Position numbers and translations under genes: made by a program
Assembly (NCBI GenBank): GCA_964524845.1
Contig: CAZGFX010000001.1
Span: 293,034 to 357,033, forward strand
Length of the DNA stretch: 64,000 bases
DNA from: an uncultured Gammaproteobacteria bacterium
GTDB lineage: Bacteria > Patescibacteriota > Patescibacteriia > CAZGFX01
Reading direction: 5' to 3'
The notes under the pieces: generated by a model
Database searches by the model: none
What the model was told of the DNA's origin: nothing
The model's input: only the letters and a program-made list of their open reading frames with translations
Part shown: positions 19,002 through 29,056 of the stretch, piece after piece
How the letters are laid out: each line of letters begins with the position of its first letter
Position numbering within the stretch: the stretch's first letter is position 1

Positions 19002-20534
19002 TTATATAAATGTATCACTCCTTCTATATCTAAGTGCTTCTATAATGTGTTTTGATGAGATAGCACTATCGCTCTCTAGATCTGCGATTGTCCGCGCAAC
19101 TTTAATTACTTTATGATATGCGCGCATACTCAACCCTAACGATTTCACTGCATTATTCATAATTTTCTCCGATTCTGCGTCGAGCACGCACCATTTCCTA
19201 ACCTCACGCGAGTTCATTCCACCGTTCGTCCTCCCTACTCCAAGTCGTATGTGTTGAATATTTCGAGCAGTAACAATTCTATTTTTTATATCAAATGATG
19301 TTTCCTGAGACTTCTTTCCCATGTCGGAAAATGGCACGCGTGGCACATCAAGATACAAATCGATACGATCAAGTACTGGACCTGATATGCGTTTCTTGTA
19401 TCGTATAATATGATGTCTTGTGCATATGCATTTCTTTTCCGAATCACCAAGATATCCGCACGGACAAGGATTTGTCGCGGCAACAAGAATGAAATCAGCA
19501 GGAAATACGTAGCTCGCATTCGCCCTACTGATGACAACTTCGTGATCTTCGAGTGGTTGGCGAAGCATATCAATACTTCTTCTTGAAAACTCTCCACACT
19601 CATCAAGAAATAATACCCCTCGATGTGCGCGTGTTATTTCTCCGGGACGAGGAATACTTCCTCCTCCAATCAGACTAACATCAGACGAATTGTGATGCGG
19701 CGCGCGAAACGGACGCGTTTTCGCAAGAGTAGTAATCGTTCCAGAATACTCGGTAATACTCCTTATCTTGGTTACTTCCAGAGACTCTTCCTTGGTAAGA
19801 TCGGGTAAAATTGATGGGAGCGTCCTCGCAAGAAGTGTCTTCCCTGATCCCGGAGGTCCAGAAAGTAATATATTATGTCCTCCGGCCGCGACTATTTCTA
19901 ACGCGCGTTTCGCTTCTTCTTGTCCGCATACATCTGAAAAACATAAAAGCTCTTTTTCTTTTTGTATTTTTACTAATTCGTTTTTATTTTTCGAAAAATT
20001 ACGCGAGACAATCTCGTCACAATAATCATTATGAAAAGTTATCAAATCATTCAAATGAGCAATTCCTATTATCACAACACCTTCTATAAGACTCGCCTCA
20101 TGATAATTATCAACCGGTACAAAAACATATTTCATTCCCGTTTCGCGCGCCGCAATAACCGATGCTATCACCCCTCTCACTGGACAAACCCTCCCATCAA
20201 GTGTTAATTCACCTATGTATACACTTTTTTCAAATCCGGAGCGTAATTGCAACTCACCGCTTTCAACAAGTATCGCAAGTGCGATCGGAATATCAAAGCT
20301 CGTCCCTTCTTTTCTAATTGAGGCAGGAGAAAGATTCACAGTAATTTGTGTACGCGGATATTCAAGAACACTATTTGAAATTGCGCTTCGAATTCTCTCG
20401 CGCGCTTCTTGTACCGCAGTATCAGGAAGACCAACAACGATAAACTTAGGCAAGTTTCGACTTATAAAAGCCTGCACTTCGACTATCTTCGCATCAAGTC
20501 CATCGAGTGCGGTCGTATAAATAATGTTTTCCAT
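19002..20534 (-). CDS. comM: ComM/YifB Mg-chelatase-like AAA+ ATPase
   Basis: VGLPDTAVQEARER, GHNILLSGPPGSGKT, PFRAPHH, AHRGVLFLDE, NPCPCG. Confidence 0.95.
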   Translation of the reverse strand: MENIIYTTALDGLDAKIVEVQAFISRNLPKFIVVGLPDTAVQEARERIRSAISNSVLEYPRTQITVNLSPASIRKEGTSFDIPIALAILVESGELQLRSGFEKSVYIGELTLDGRVCPVRGVIASVIAARETGMKYVFVPVDNYHEASLIEGVVIIGIAHLNDLITFHNDYCDEIVSRNFSKNKNELVKIQKEKELLCFSDVCGQEEAKRALEIVAAGGHNILLSGPPGSGKTLLARTLPSILPDLTKEESLEVTKIRSITEYSGTITTLAKTRPFRAPHHNSSDVSLIGGGSIPRPGEITRAHRGVLFLDECGEFSRRSIDMLRQPLEDHEVVISRANASYVFPADFILVAATNPCPCGYLGDSEKKCICTRHHIIRYKKRISGPVLDRIDLYLDVPRVPFSDMGKKSQETSFDIKNRIVTARNIQHIRLGVGRTNGGMNSREVRKWCVLDAESEKIMNNAVKSLGLSMRAYHKVIKVARTIADLESDSAISSKHIIEALRYRRSDTFI

Positions 20535-20672
20535 AAAAAAACACGAGTCCGAAAAATCAGATGTCGTGTTTTGCTACGCACACTTTATAATTAAACAAGT
20601 AAATTGTCAAACAGTGTATGGTGTTTGTATAAAAAAACAAAACACCGTCCAGCATAGCGGGACAGTGTTTCG

Positions 20673-20750
20673 TGGGGTGATCAACGGGGCTCGAACCCGC
20701 AACCTTCGGGACCACAACCCGATGCTCTAACCAATTGAGCTATGACCACC
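20673..20750 (-). tRNA. tRNA-His(GTG)
   Basis: Encoded G-1, anticodon arm TCGGG-TTGTGGT-CCCGA, CCA end. Confidence 0.95.
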
Positions 20751-20985
20751 ATGAAAAGTAATTTTATACGAGGAAATTATATCATATAACACTAACGCAG
20801 ATAGCTCGGTAACCCGCCCCGCAGATCGAACGAAAGTGAGATTGTGCGGGGAGCTATGACCACCATGAATAACTATGTGGAAACGAATTAATTATATCGA
20901 AATGATATAACATGGATAACTCGGTAACCCGCTCCGTCACGTCATTCGCGAACGGCGTGACCCGCGTAATTGAGCGAAGCGATGG
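20751..20985 (-). repeat. tRNA-His 5'-side array (two units)
   Basis: GAGCTATGACCACC ends at 20750 (tRNA) and 20864; spacers of 57 and 58 nt, each followed by GGTAACCCG and a hairpin. Confidence 0.9.
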
Positions 20986-21016
20986 ATTTTGGTGGCTCCG
21001 CCACGAGCGAAGCGAG

Positions 21017-21092
21017 TGGCGCGCCGGGCAGGAATCGAACCTGCGACCTACTGCTTAGAAGGCAGTTGCTCTATCCACTGAGCTACCAGCGC
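21017..21092 (-). tRNA. tRNA-Arg(TCT)
   Basis: Cloverleaf, anticodon arm ACTGC-CTTCTAA-GCAGT, CCA end. Confidence 0.95.
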
Positions 21093-21243
21093 ATGAGAAG
21101 ATGTTTTCTAAATGATAAGTTACTTAATATCGGAGAAAACCACAATGGCTCGGCAACCCGCCCCGCGTAATTGAGCGAAGCGAAATGTTGCGGGGAGCCT
21201 TGCCCCGTAACACGCCGAAGGTGTGTGTACGAGGTACCAGCGC
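21093..21243 (-). repeat. tRNA-Arg 5'-side unit with two nested hairpins
   Basis: 59-nt spacer, GGCAACCCG, CCCCGC..GCGGGG hairpin, then GAGC[36-nt palindromic insert]TACCAGCGC, a split copy of the tRNA 5' end. Confidence 0.85.
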
Positions 21244-21399
21244 ACAAGAATACAATTTCTAAATGACTGTGAAAAACACACGCATCATACATAAAAAAAA
21301 CAGATTAGTCAACGATATGTGTTTTTATTTTTAAGCTAATTTTAGACATCAAGCGGTGTTATCTTGTGACATAATCTATTAAAAAATATCATATCAAAA

Positions 21400-21831
21400 T
21401 CAGTTTTTTCTCAAAACTTTTTTAACATCAGTTATTGTTTTTTTGATTTGAGAATCTGTCATAACCAGTCTCTGCTTGTTTTTATGATCGAGATCTCCTA
21501 TACGATGATTTGGAATAATATGATAATGCATATGCGGTATGCTTTTAGCGCCATTTGTTCCTTCTCTAATAAGAATTGAATAATTGGAATAACCGAGACC
21601 TTCCATAATTTTTGCACCTCTAATAATTAAATTTTGTATTGCTCTGTTCTCGGTTGAAGTTAGTTTGAGAAATGACACAACGTGTCGTTTTGGTATAACA
21701 AGAAGATGATGACGATGATACGGTGCTATGGCATACGTAAGCATGGCTAATTTGTTTTCAATAATAAACCTTCCAACACTATTACAAAACGGACATCCTT
21801 TTATCTTTTTTCTATAAACACTATATAACAT
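21400..21831 (-). CDS. HIT family hydrolase
   Basis: CPFC, HLLVIPKRH and HMHYH histidine triad. Confidence 0.9.
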   Translation of the reverse strand: MLYSVYRKKIKGCPFCNSVGRFIIENKLAMLTYAIAPYHRHHLLVIPKRHVVSFLKLTSTENRAIQNLIIRGAKIMEGLGYSNYSILIREGTNGAKSIPHMHYHIIPNHRIGDLDHKNKQRLVMTDSQIKKTITDVKKVLRKN

Positions 21832-22004
21832 GATATTTATATAACATATTCAGTATAACGTATTAAGCTTAAGTTAAAAAGAAGTGTCAATAATATCACT
21901 ATCTTAACAAATGAAAAACCAGCAAGAAAGAGCCATTTTCTTTGAAGAAATAACTAAATTATGTTAGAATTAATAAGTATTTATGGGTAAAATATCAAAA
22001 ATAA

Positions 22005-24848
22005 ATGAATTTAAAATTACTTAAATTTTTATTTTGTTCTGCACTTATTGTTTTTTCAATTTGTTTATTTTCTCGTGTTTCAAATGCGGCTCCTGTCACG
22101 GTTGCCGCATTTGAATTAAATGGACTAATAGGAGATGAGGCAACTGTAACAGCAACGACGAACGATACTAATGTTTATACAGCAATACTATCCAGAGGTT
22201 CGGGCATTAATCCTTCGGTTCTTAACAATGCATTTTCATCAACCGCTTTCGTTGTCGGAGGAACAAAAACAGATGCGATAAGTAATAATGAATATTATCA
22301 GTTTGAACTCGAGACAAAATCGAAATATAAACTTTCTCTAAATTATATAAATCTTAATTTAAGAAGAAGTCCAACAGGCCCAAACGCATACCAATGGCAA
22401 TATAGTTTAGATGGTTTTGCTACTGCTGGAACAGACGTTGGCGCAGAAGGCTCTTATACAGGGACAGAAAACGCCGGTCTTGCTATGCCACAGGTTGTTC
22501 TTTCAGGAATTCCTTCTCTACAAAACCTCGAATCAGGTACAAGAGTTACGTTTAGATTATATGCATGGGGATCTACAAACTCAAGCGGAACACTAGGAAT
22601 AGGACGCTTGGCTGGAAATGATCTTTTAATTAATGGCAGTGTTGATTTAATTCTTGCTGCTGGTTTTGATCCAAATGGGCTACTCGGAAACGAAGCAACA
22701 TTCAATTCAACAACAACTCATGTTCGTCTAAACACATCAACTTTATCACGCGGAGTCGGAATAAATCCATCCGCTCTTGCAAATGCTTTTTCTGCAACTA
22801 CTTTCGTTGTTGGCGGAACAAAAGCAGATGCCATAAGTAATAATGAGTATTTTCAAGTTCAAATAGAGGCAAACACTGGGTATAATGTTTCTCTTAATTA
22901 CATTTTTTTTAATTTACGTCGAAGTGCCACAGGACCGAACGCATACCAATGGCAATATAGTCTTGATGGTTTTTCAACGTCCGGAACAGATGTAGGAGAT
23001 GAGGGATTATATACGGGAACAGGTACGAACGGGCTCGCGATGCCACAAATTAATTTATCTACTGTACCAGCATTACAAGGTGTAAAATCAGGAAATATAA
23101 TAACACTTAGACTTTATGCATGGGGAGCTACAAATGCAGGAGGTACTTTAGCAATTGGCAGATTAACCGGAGACGATTTGGATATATACGGATCATTTGC
23201 ATTAAATAATTATACATTAACTTACACGGCAGGAGTAAATGGATCTATTGTTGGTGTTTCGCCACAAACAGTTAATCATGGTAGTGATGGAAGCACTGTA
23301 ACTGCCTCTCCTAATCCTGGATATCATTTTGTTAACTGGAGCGATACATCAACTGCAAACCCAAGAACAGACACTAATGTAACAGGAAATATCTCAGTCA
23401 CAGCGAACTTTGCAATTAACACATATACATTAACTTACACGGCAGGAGTAAATGGATCTATTGTTGGTGTTTCGCCACAAACAGTTAATCATGGTAGTGA
23501 TGGAAGCACTGTAACTGCCTCTCCTAATCCTGGATATCATTTTGTTAACTGGAGCGATACATCAACTGCAAACCCAAGAACAGACACTAATGTAACAGGA
23601 AATATCTCAGTCACAGCGAACTTTGCAATTAACACATATACACTCACCTACACAGCAGGAGTCGGTGGATCAATAACAGGCATGTCCTCTCAAACAGTAA
23701 GTCATGGTAATGATGGTTCCGCAGTTACGGCAACTCCGAACGCCGGATACTCTTTTGTTGACTGGGATGATGGATTAAGAACTAGCACCAGAACTGACAC
23801 GAACATAACAGGAAACAAATCGGTTATAGCTACATTTCAGGTAGATAGACAATCGTCTTCATCCAGTGGCGGAGGAAGTTCAGCTGTATATTCTCCTCCG
23901 GGGTCTGGAACAGGATCTACGGATCGCATCATTCCAATGGATGAAACAAGAGATGTAAGGAACATAGAAACAGACGGAATAAATATTCTTGGTTATATAG
24001 GATCAAAGGCTGTTTTTGAAACAATAGAAAGTAAATCTTTTATAAACGGAAAACACTCGATAACAATTACAAATGTGGATCTTTTTAATAATATAGTTGT
24101 TATTCGCGTAGAATCGACTCCTCAGATAATAAGTCTAAAATTGAAAGAGTTGGCGTATGTTGATTTGGACGATGATCTTGTGCCTGATATATCAATTCAA
24201 TTTAATTCCATATATGTTAATCGAGTCGAACTTACAACAAAATCAATTGTGACTAAAAAAACTGGCGTCGCAACAACAAACCAAGAGATAACACAAACAA
24301 CAAGCAACTTACAAGCTTCTTGCAAACTTATATTTACACGAGATATTAAATCAGGCGCAACAGGAGACGATGTTAAAGAACTTCAAAAATACCTAAACTC
24401 AAAGGGCTTTATTATCACTGAAAAAGGTCCGGGAGCTCCCGGCAATGAGACTACGAAGTTTGGACGATTAACATACAACGCGCTTATCAAGTTTCAGAAA
24501 GCGAATAATATATCACCAATATCTGGAGTGCTTGATAGTACGACTAAAAAATATATAAAGTGCTCAGATGATAAACAAACAGAAACCGCGCCAAAACAAT
24601 CCACTTCGATAAAATTCACTCGCGATCTCAAACCTGGCATGACAGGAGATGATGTTAAAGAATTGCAAAAATATCTCAATACAAATAGCTTTATAATAAC
24701 GGACAAAGGTCCGGGAGCTCCCGGCAATGAGACTACGAAGTTTGGGCGATTAACATACAACGCACTTATCAAGTTTCAGAAAGCAAATAATATAACTCCT
24801 GCGAATGGATATCTGGATTCAACAACAAGAGAATTGCTGAATAAATAA
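22005..24848 (+). CDS. Modular surface protein: duplicated ~185-aa beta domain, three InlB-B-like repeats, linker domain, two peptidoglycan-binding domains
   Basis: Signal peptide, internal duplications, FTRDLK.G.TGDDVKELQKYLN twice. Confidence 0.85.
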   Translation: MNLKLLKFLFCSALIVFSICLFSRVSNAAPVTVAAFELNGLIGDEATVTATTNDTNVYTAILSRGSGINPSVLNNAFSSTAFVVGGTKTDAISNNEYYQFELETKSKYKLSLNYINLNLRRSPTGPNAYQWQYSLDGFATAGTDVGAEGSYTGTENAGLAMPQVVLSGIPSLQNLESGTRVTFRLYAWGSTNSSGTLGIGRLAGNDLLINGSVDLILAAGFDPNGLLGNEATFNSTTTHVRLNTSTLSRGVGINPSALANAFSATTFVVGGTKADAISNNEYFQVQIEANTGYNVSLNYIFFNLRRSATGPNAYQWQYSLDGFSTSGTDVGDEGLYTGTGTNGLAMPQINLSTVPALQGVKSGNIITLRLYAWGATNAGGTLAIGRLTGDDLDIYGSFALNNYTLTYTAGVNGSIVGVSPQTVNHGSDGSTVTASPNPGYHFVNWSDTSTANPRTDTNVTGNISVTANFAINTYTLTYTAGVNGSIVGVSPQTVNHGSDGSTVTASPNPGYHFVNWSDTSTANPRTDTNVTGNISVTANFAINTYTLTYTAGVGGSITGMSSQTVSHGNDGSAVTATPNAGYSFVDWDDGLRTSTRTDTNITGNKSVIATFQVDRQSSSSSGGGSSAVYSPPGSGTGSTDRIIPMDETRDVRNIETDGINILGYIGSKAVFETIESKSFINGKHSITITNVDLFNNIVVIRVESTPQIISLKLKELAYVDLDDDLVPDISIQFNSIYVNRVELTTKSIVTKKTGVATTNQEITQTTSNLQASCKLIFTRDIKSGATGDDVKELQKYLNSKGFIITEKGPGAPGNETTKFGRLTYNALIKFQKANNISPISGVLDSTTKKYIKCSDDKQTETAPKQSTSIKFTRDLKPGMTGDDVKELQKYLNTNSFIITDKGPGAPGNETTKFGRLTYNALIKFQKANNITPANGYLDSTTRELLNK
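23211..23636 (+). repeat. Exact in-frame 213-bp tandem duplication
   Basis: Copies start at 23211 and 23424; a third diverged copy follows. Confidence 0.9.
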
Positions 24849-24943
24849 GAATGGATTAAATAAAATCACCTCTCTAAAAAAGAGGTGTTTTTTTGTATAA
24901 AAAAATCACCCCTCCGTTGGCGAGATGATTGTTTGATACATAC

Positions 24944-25534
24944 TTATTTTGGTATTATATAACCCTGCTCTTCTAATAAAATCTTTTTAGCCACTTCTGA
25001 TAAACTGACTTCGACTCCTAGCACGGACTGTTTAGTCTCCGATTTTTGTAGATTCGTGATATCAATCCGTACATCGAACCCAGCATGCGAAATACAAAAG
25101 TGATTTCCAAATCGAAAAATAACTTTTTCTGACAGGATGGACGCTTCCATAAAACTAACAATCCATTTTTCTACTCTTGCTCTTGCTCCCTCGACTGACA
25201 TCGTGCAAGAAATTGAATCACAATGCTCTAAAATTGTTTCTTCGGGTAGCGCGGCCGAGTGTGAAATTGTTCTTATGTTTTGTAAAATAATTACTGATGG
25301 ACACTCAGATGGACGGATAACTTCGAGGCGGAACGGATACTGAGTGCTTTCATTACCACCAATTAACGTAAATGAGTCAGTTAAAATTTCGGTTATTCTT
25401 TTCAAGTCAGAAAACATCTTTTCGATATATCTTGCGCGTTTTTCAATTGGAATTCCTGTAATTTGTTCCGAATTTTTCCCCATTTCCCACCCAATGGCAA
25501 ACTGACAAACTACCTTTATAAAATGGTTTTTCAT
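24944..25534 (-). CDS. Hypothetical protein
   Basis: 196-aa ORF, GAGG SD, TTGACA-17-TACCAT promoter upstream, terminator downstream. Confidence 0.65.
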   Translation of the reverse strand: MKNHFIKVVCQFAIGWEMGKNSEQITGIPIEKRARYIEKMFSDLKRITEILTDSFTLIGGNESTQYPFRLEVIRPSECPSVIILQNIRTISHSAALPEETILEHCDSISCTMSVEGARARVEKWIVSFMEASILSEKVIFRFGNHFCISHAGFDVRIDITNLQKSETKQSVLGVEVSLSEVAKKILLEEQGYIIPK

Positions 25535-25669
25535 ATCACGCCTCTTTCGTGTGTTGGTACTCTGTGAATTGTTTAAAAAGATGGCTTATTTACAGTATTT
25601 TAAAGTGTTTTTTACATGGTACTCTTCACTTTTGTTGTTGTCAAACATGTATATATACGCTATACTATG

Positions 25670-25858
25670 GTTCGTAAGGGCTATGTTAGGGACATAAATG
25701 TGTAACATTTTTGCCTGTCATACGTCTTTATAAGTAGAGGTGCAAACCTCGAAAAGCAATTTAATTATTGCGATCCCGCGAGGTACAACGCGAGAAAGTA
25801 ATAATGAAGGGAAAAGACATACAAACCTCCGCCCTACGCGGGGGTTTTATGTTTGTAT
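25670..25858 (+). ncRNA. Candidate ~180-nt structured small RNA
   Basis: TTGTCA-17-TATACT (25638-25666), serial hairpins including GAGGT-GCAA-ACCTC, terminator 25823-25848, no ORF. Confidence 0.55.
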
Positions 25859-26012
25859 ATAAAAAACACTTCTTATCAAAAAGAAGTGTTTAATTATATT
25901 AACTGATATTTTATTTCTAATCGGATATTTCTTGATATAAAGGAAAGTCTATTCTAATCGTCGTTCCTTTGTTCTCTTCACTCTCAATGTTTAATAATCC
26001 TGTTTTAATCTA

Positions 26013-26765
26013 TTATCTTATTTTAGAAATAATATCATTCAATGAATTCGCATTTACCCACATCGTGACAAGACTTCCCGTCTCATCAACCTGAACGAAT
26101 GTATGGTGGTGCAAAACCCCATATCTTTTTCTCATGTCCTGATAATTATCATACTCAAGTTTGAGTATTGCTATGTTTTTCGGAGCACTTCCTATGTTTG
26201 CTGAAATATCAGAATCAATTCCACTGCATATCGAGCACGAGTGATCGCTAAAAAACAAAACCACTTTTCCTCCGTTCTTTGCAAGAGCGAAATCTCCGGA
26301 TGCATATGTTCTGTATATTGCTTTGGTAAGAGTCGTGGAAGTTGTTTTCTTCGTTGTGTTTGTGTCTTTTGTTGACGGAGTTGTTTCTTTCGTTGATTTG
26401 GTTTCTGTTTTTGGTGTAGCTTTTACAACAGATGAGGAAACGACGATCTTGTCGCCTTCTTGAAGAGTTCTTGATGTACCATCGCCCAACAAAACTTTTC
26501 CGTCAGGAAATATTTTTACACCATCAGCAAGAACGGTTTCTTTTTCTAATATGGTTTCTGTTCCTGTTGTCTTTATAGAAAATACTTTTCCCTCCTTCAT
26601 TACAAACTCCTTTATTAAATCAGAACTGCCATCTTTCGTAATTACAGCCACATCATTAGAATCTACATCGTTTTTTCCTTCTTGTGAATCCTTAGAACCA
26701 CACGCTGTAAACAAAAACAACATGCTTATACCAACGCACAAAACAAAAAGTTTTTTCATATTCAT
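26013..26765 (-). CDS. Lipoprotein with C-terminal thioredoxin-like domain
   Basis: Lipobox FTAC, Thr/Lys linker, VVLFF...CSIC, HTFVQVD. Confidence 0.8.
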   Translation of the reverse strand: MNMKKLFVLCVGISMLFLFTACGSKDSQEGKNDVDSNDVAVITKDGSSDLIKEFVMKEGKVFSIKTTGTETILEKETVLADGVKIFPDGKVLLGDGTSRTLQEGDKIVVSSSVVKATPKTETKSTKETTPSTKDTNTTKKTTSTTLTKAIYRTYASGDFALAKNGGKVVLFFSDHSCSICSGIDSDISANIGSAPKNIAILKLEYDNYQDMRKRYGVLHHHTFVQVDETGSLVTMWVNANSLNDIISKIR

Positions 26766-26932
26766 ATTGGTTATTATGTCGATATAATACCTTTTTATAA
26801 TAGATTTTTGAAGTTTTTATCCCCTTCTTTTGAATACGTGTTTACTATTTTTTTTATCTGTGTAATAAATATAATGAAAATTACTTAATATTATATAAAT
26901 TGACCCTTAAAAAATCAAAACAGGAGTATGTT

Positions 26933-27181
26933 ATGAATATTGATGCAACGACAATCATTATTTTTGCATACGCGCTTGGAGCGTGTTGCACGTTGTTCAT
27001 CTTTTGGTTTCTAAATAGCAATTCTGAACCAAAAACAAGTCAGATCATTATCGGAATCATTACCATTCTATGGCCCACCGTTCTCTGTGCCGGAATTGTA
27101 GCGTGTGTCATATTTTTTGTTATTCTTCCATTTATAGACGTAAGCAGAAAATATCCACCAAACATTTCTAAAAACACATAA
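26933..27181 (+). CDS. Small two-TM membrane protein
   Basis: AGGAG SD before ATG 26933, two hydrophobic helices. Confidence 0.6.
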   Translation: MNIDATTIIIFAYALGACCTLFIFWFLNSNSEPKTSQIIIGIITILWPTVLCAGIVACVIFFVILPFIDVSRKYPPNISKNT

Positions 27182-27337
27182 TTACAGCAATAAACGCGGC
27201 GAACAAAAATAAAGAGCTTCCATATAAAAGCTCTTTTTATTTTCTTGGTTTTTTTGTGCGTGTATAACTTTCTGGATTTTTTAACTAAAATCACATACCA
27301 TAGAAACACTGTTTTTAAAATAATAAATTATTACGAT

Positions 27338-27898
27338 ATGAAAACCATTGTTACAACGTTTTGTGCCCTCATGCTTGTCGTCACACTAATTGGGTGCGGA
27401 AAAAAGGACGACAGTCCGAAACTCGGCGCACTCGACAGTATTAAAGGAATGAAGGAGGCTGCTGACCTTGGAAAAGCACTTCAAGGAGGAGACGAAAAAG
27501 ACGCTACCAAGGCAATCGAAAACCTTGCAAAACTCGGAGCGGATCTAGAGGTCAAAGAACTCGAAAACACCGAGAAAATTGATGTTCCTAGCGACTTCCC
27601 ATCATCTCTTGTTTACTCTGGCGGAAAGGTGGTCGGAGCTTCTGATAACAGTTATGAAAATACAAAAGACCTTGATATTACCATTAAGACCACAGATGAG
27701 ATATCAAAAGTGAGAGATTTCTATAAAAAAGTTCTCGCAGAAAACGGATGGAAAATAACCGGACAAAACACATCTTCAAACGACTCTTCCTTTGATGCAA
27801 AAAATGAATCAGAAAAATCAACGGTCCGTATAAATATGTCATCAAATCCTTATTCAAAAATAATTGAAATAGATGTATCGTTTTACGACGAAGCCTAA
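27338..27898 (+). CDS. Lipoprotein
   Basis: Lipobox LIGC; VPSDFP and FYKKVLAENGWK motifs. Confidence 0.75.
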   Translation: MKTIVTTFCALMLVVTLIGCGKKDDSPKLGALDSIKGMKEAADLGKALQGGDEKDATKAIENLAKLGADLEVKELENTEKIDVPSDFPSSLVYSGGKVVGASDNSYENTKDLDITIKTTDEISKVRDFYKKVLAENGWKITGQNTSSNDSSFDAKNESEKSTVRINMSSNPYSKIIEIDVSFYDEA

Positions 27899-27952
27899 AT
27901 AATTCAATTTTTAAAAACCCTCGTTTTGTAACGAGGGTTTTTTGTTTTGTGA

Positions 27953-28819
27953 TCAAAATCTTGCATAAAATCCGATGCTTCGATATCCGGCATATGGGAG
28001 TACGGAAATCTTTTGTGTTGCTTGGTGTGGATATATCCATCGTTCATATACGAAACATCCCATAGTGGAAAAGGTTCCGTAAATTATATCCGACGTATCA
28101 AATCCTTTTTCATCTCCAATAAAAGGCACATCACTATCTCTTATAAGTCCATTTCCTGTCTCGAAAAGTCCCAGAAGAACCAATGAACCAAGAGACCTCC
28201 ATTCCAAACTCATATAATTTCTCGTCCACGAGTTAAAAGCCCATGGCATAACAATGCTTGTTTCAGAATTAAGAGATATGAATAAGCCTTTATCCGGAGC
28301 CGTCATCCACTTGGAACGAGGAAACCAATGATCGTTTGCTATCTTGTTGTATACCGCCCATCCACCTATCCATCCTGCGGTAATACCAGCTCCATGCGCT
28401 GTCTTTATCCAAAACTCTTTCATTGGACGCTTCCCAACGGAAACACTCGGCTTATATGCGAGAATACCGTATGTACAGCCAACACCATTCGCAACTTCAT
28501 CTCTCCAACTAAAACCATCTCCACCGAAACCACCAAAATCTCGATAATCAAAATAAGCGTCTTTTACTTCATTAAGTGTCATGACACCGAAACTCAGAGC
28601 GCTTCCTGTCCATTTGTTTTTCGTAAGATTTGAAAATTCAGTAGTCAGCATACTTGCAAGTTGGAAGTGTGTGAGCTTATCCGGAGTTGTAAACTTGTCT
28701 TTTGAAATATACGGGTGAAACGAGTGTTGTGGCCACCCATCGTCTCCTGCATAAACAGAATTAATGGAGATTGTCACAAACAAAACAACCGATAAAAAGA
28801 ACCTAATTATCTTTTTCAT
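27953..28819 (-). CDS. Tandem YfiM/DUF2279-like secreted or membrane protein
   Basis: Signal peptide; DK..H...E..D....GFS..D..AN..G pattern plus a diverged second copy; AAGGAG SD. Confidence 0.6.
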   Translation of the reverse strand: MKKIIRFFLSVVLFVTISINSVYAGDDGWPQHSFHPYISKDKFTTPDKLTHFQLASMLTTEFSNLTKNKWTGSALSFGVMTLNEVKDAYFDYRDFGGFGGDGFSWRDEVANGVGCTYGILAYKPSVSVGKRPMKEFWIKTAHGAGITAGWIGGWAVYNKIANDHWFPRSKWMTAPDKGLFISLNSETSIVMPWAFNSWTRNYMSLEWRSLGSLVLLGLFETGNGLIRDSDVPFIGDEKGFDTSDIIYGTFSTMGCFVYERWIYPHQATQKISVLPYAGYRSIGFYARF

Positions 28820-29014
28820 AAAACACTCCTTGTCCCGTTCGCGGGACTTGTCCACCAGCCAATGACTGATTAGACGGTTTAATTTTTGGAAAATATTCTA
28901 ACTATTATAGATGTTTTTATCGTATAAAATTACTACATAATTATAACTATGTCAATCGTCGTCCATAAACCCGTCTCGCATAAATTATTTTTAAACATCT
29001 TTTCTAAAATTAAT

Positions 29015-29056
29015 ATAAAAAAGAAAGACCTTGCCGATTAAGACAAGGTCTTTTTT
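29015..29056 (-). terminator. Intrinsic terminator closing the large ncRNA candidate
   Basis: AAAGACCTTG...CAAGGTCTTT stem with T-tract. Confidence 0.8.

Noticed and set aside
25742-25804. tmRNA tag-like frame ANLEKQFNYCDPARYNARK followed by two stops
   Set aside because: It starts with GCA AAC but lacks the Ala-Ala ending, and there are no tmRNA acceptor or T-arm sequences around it.
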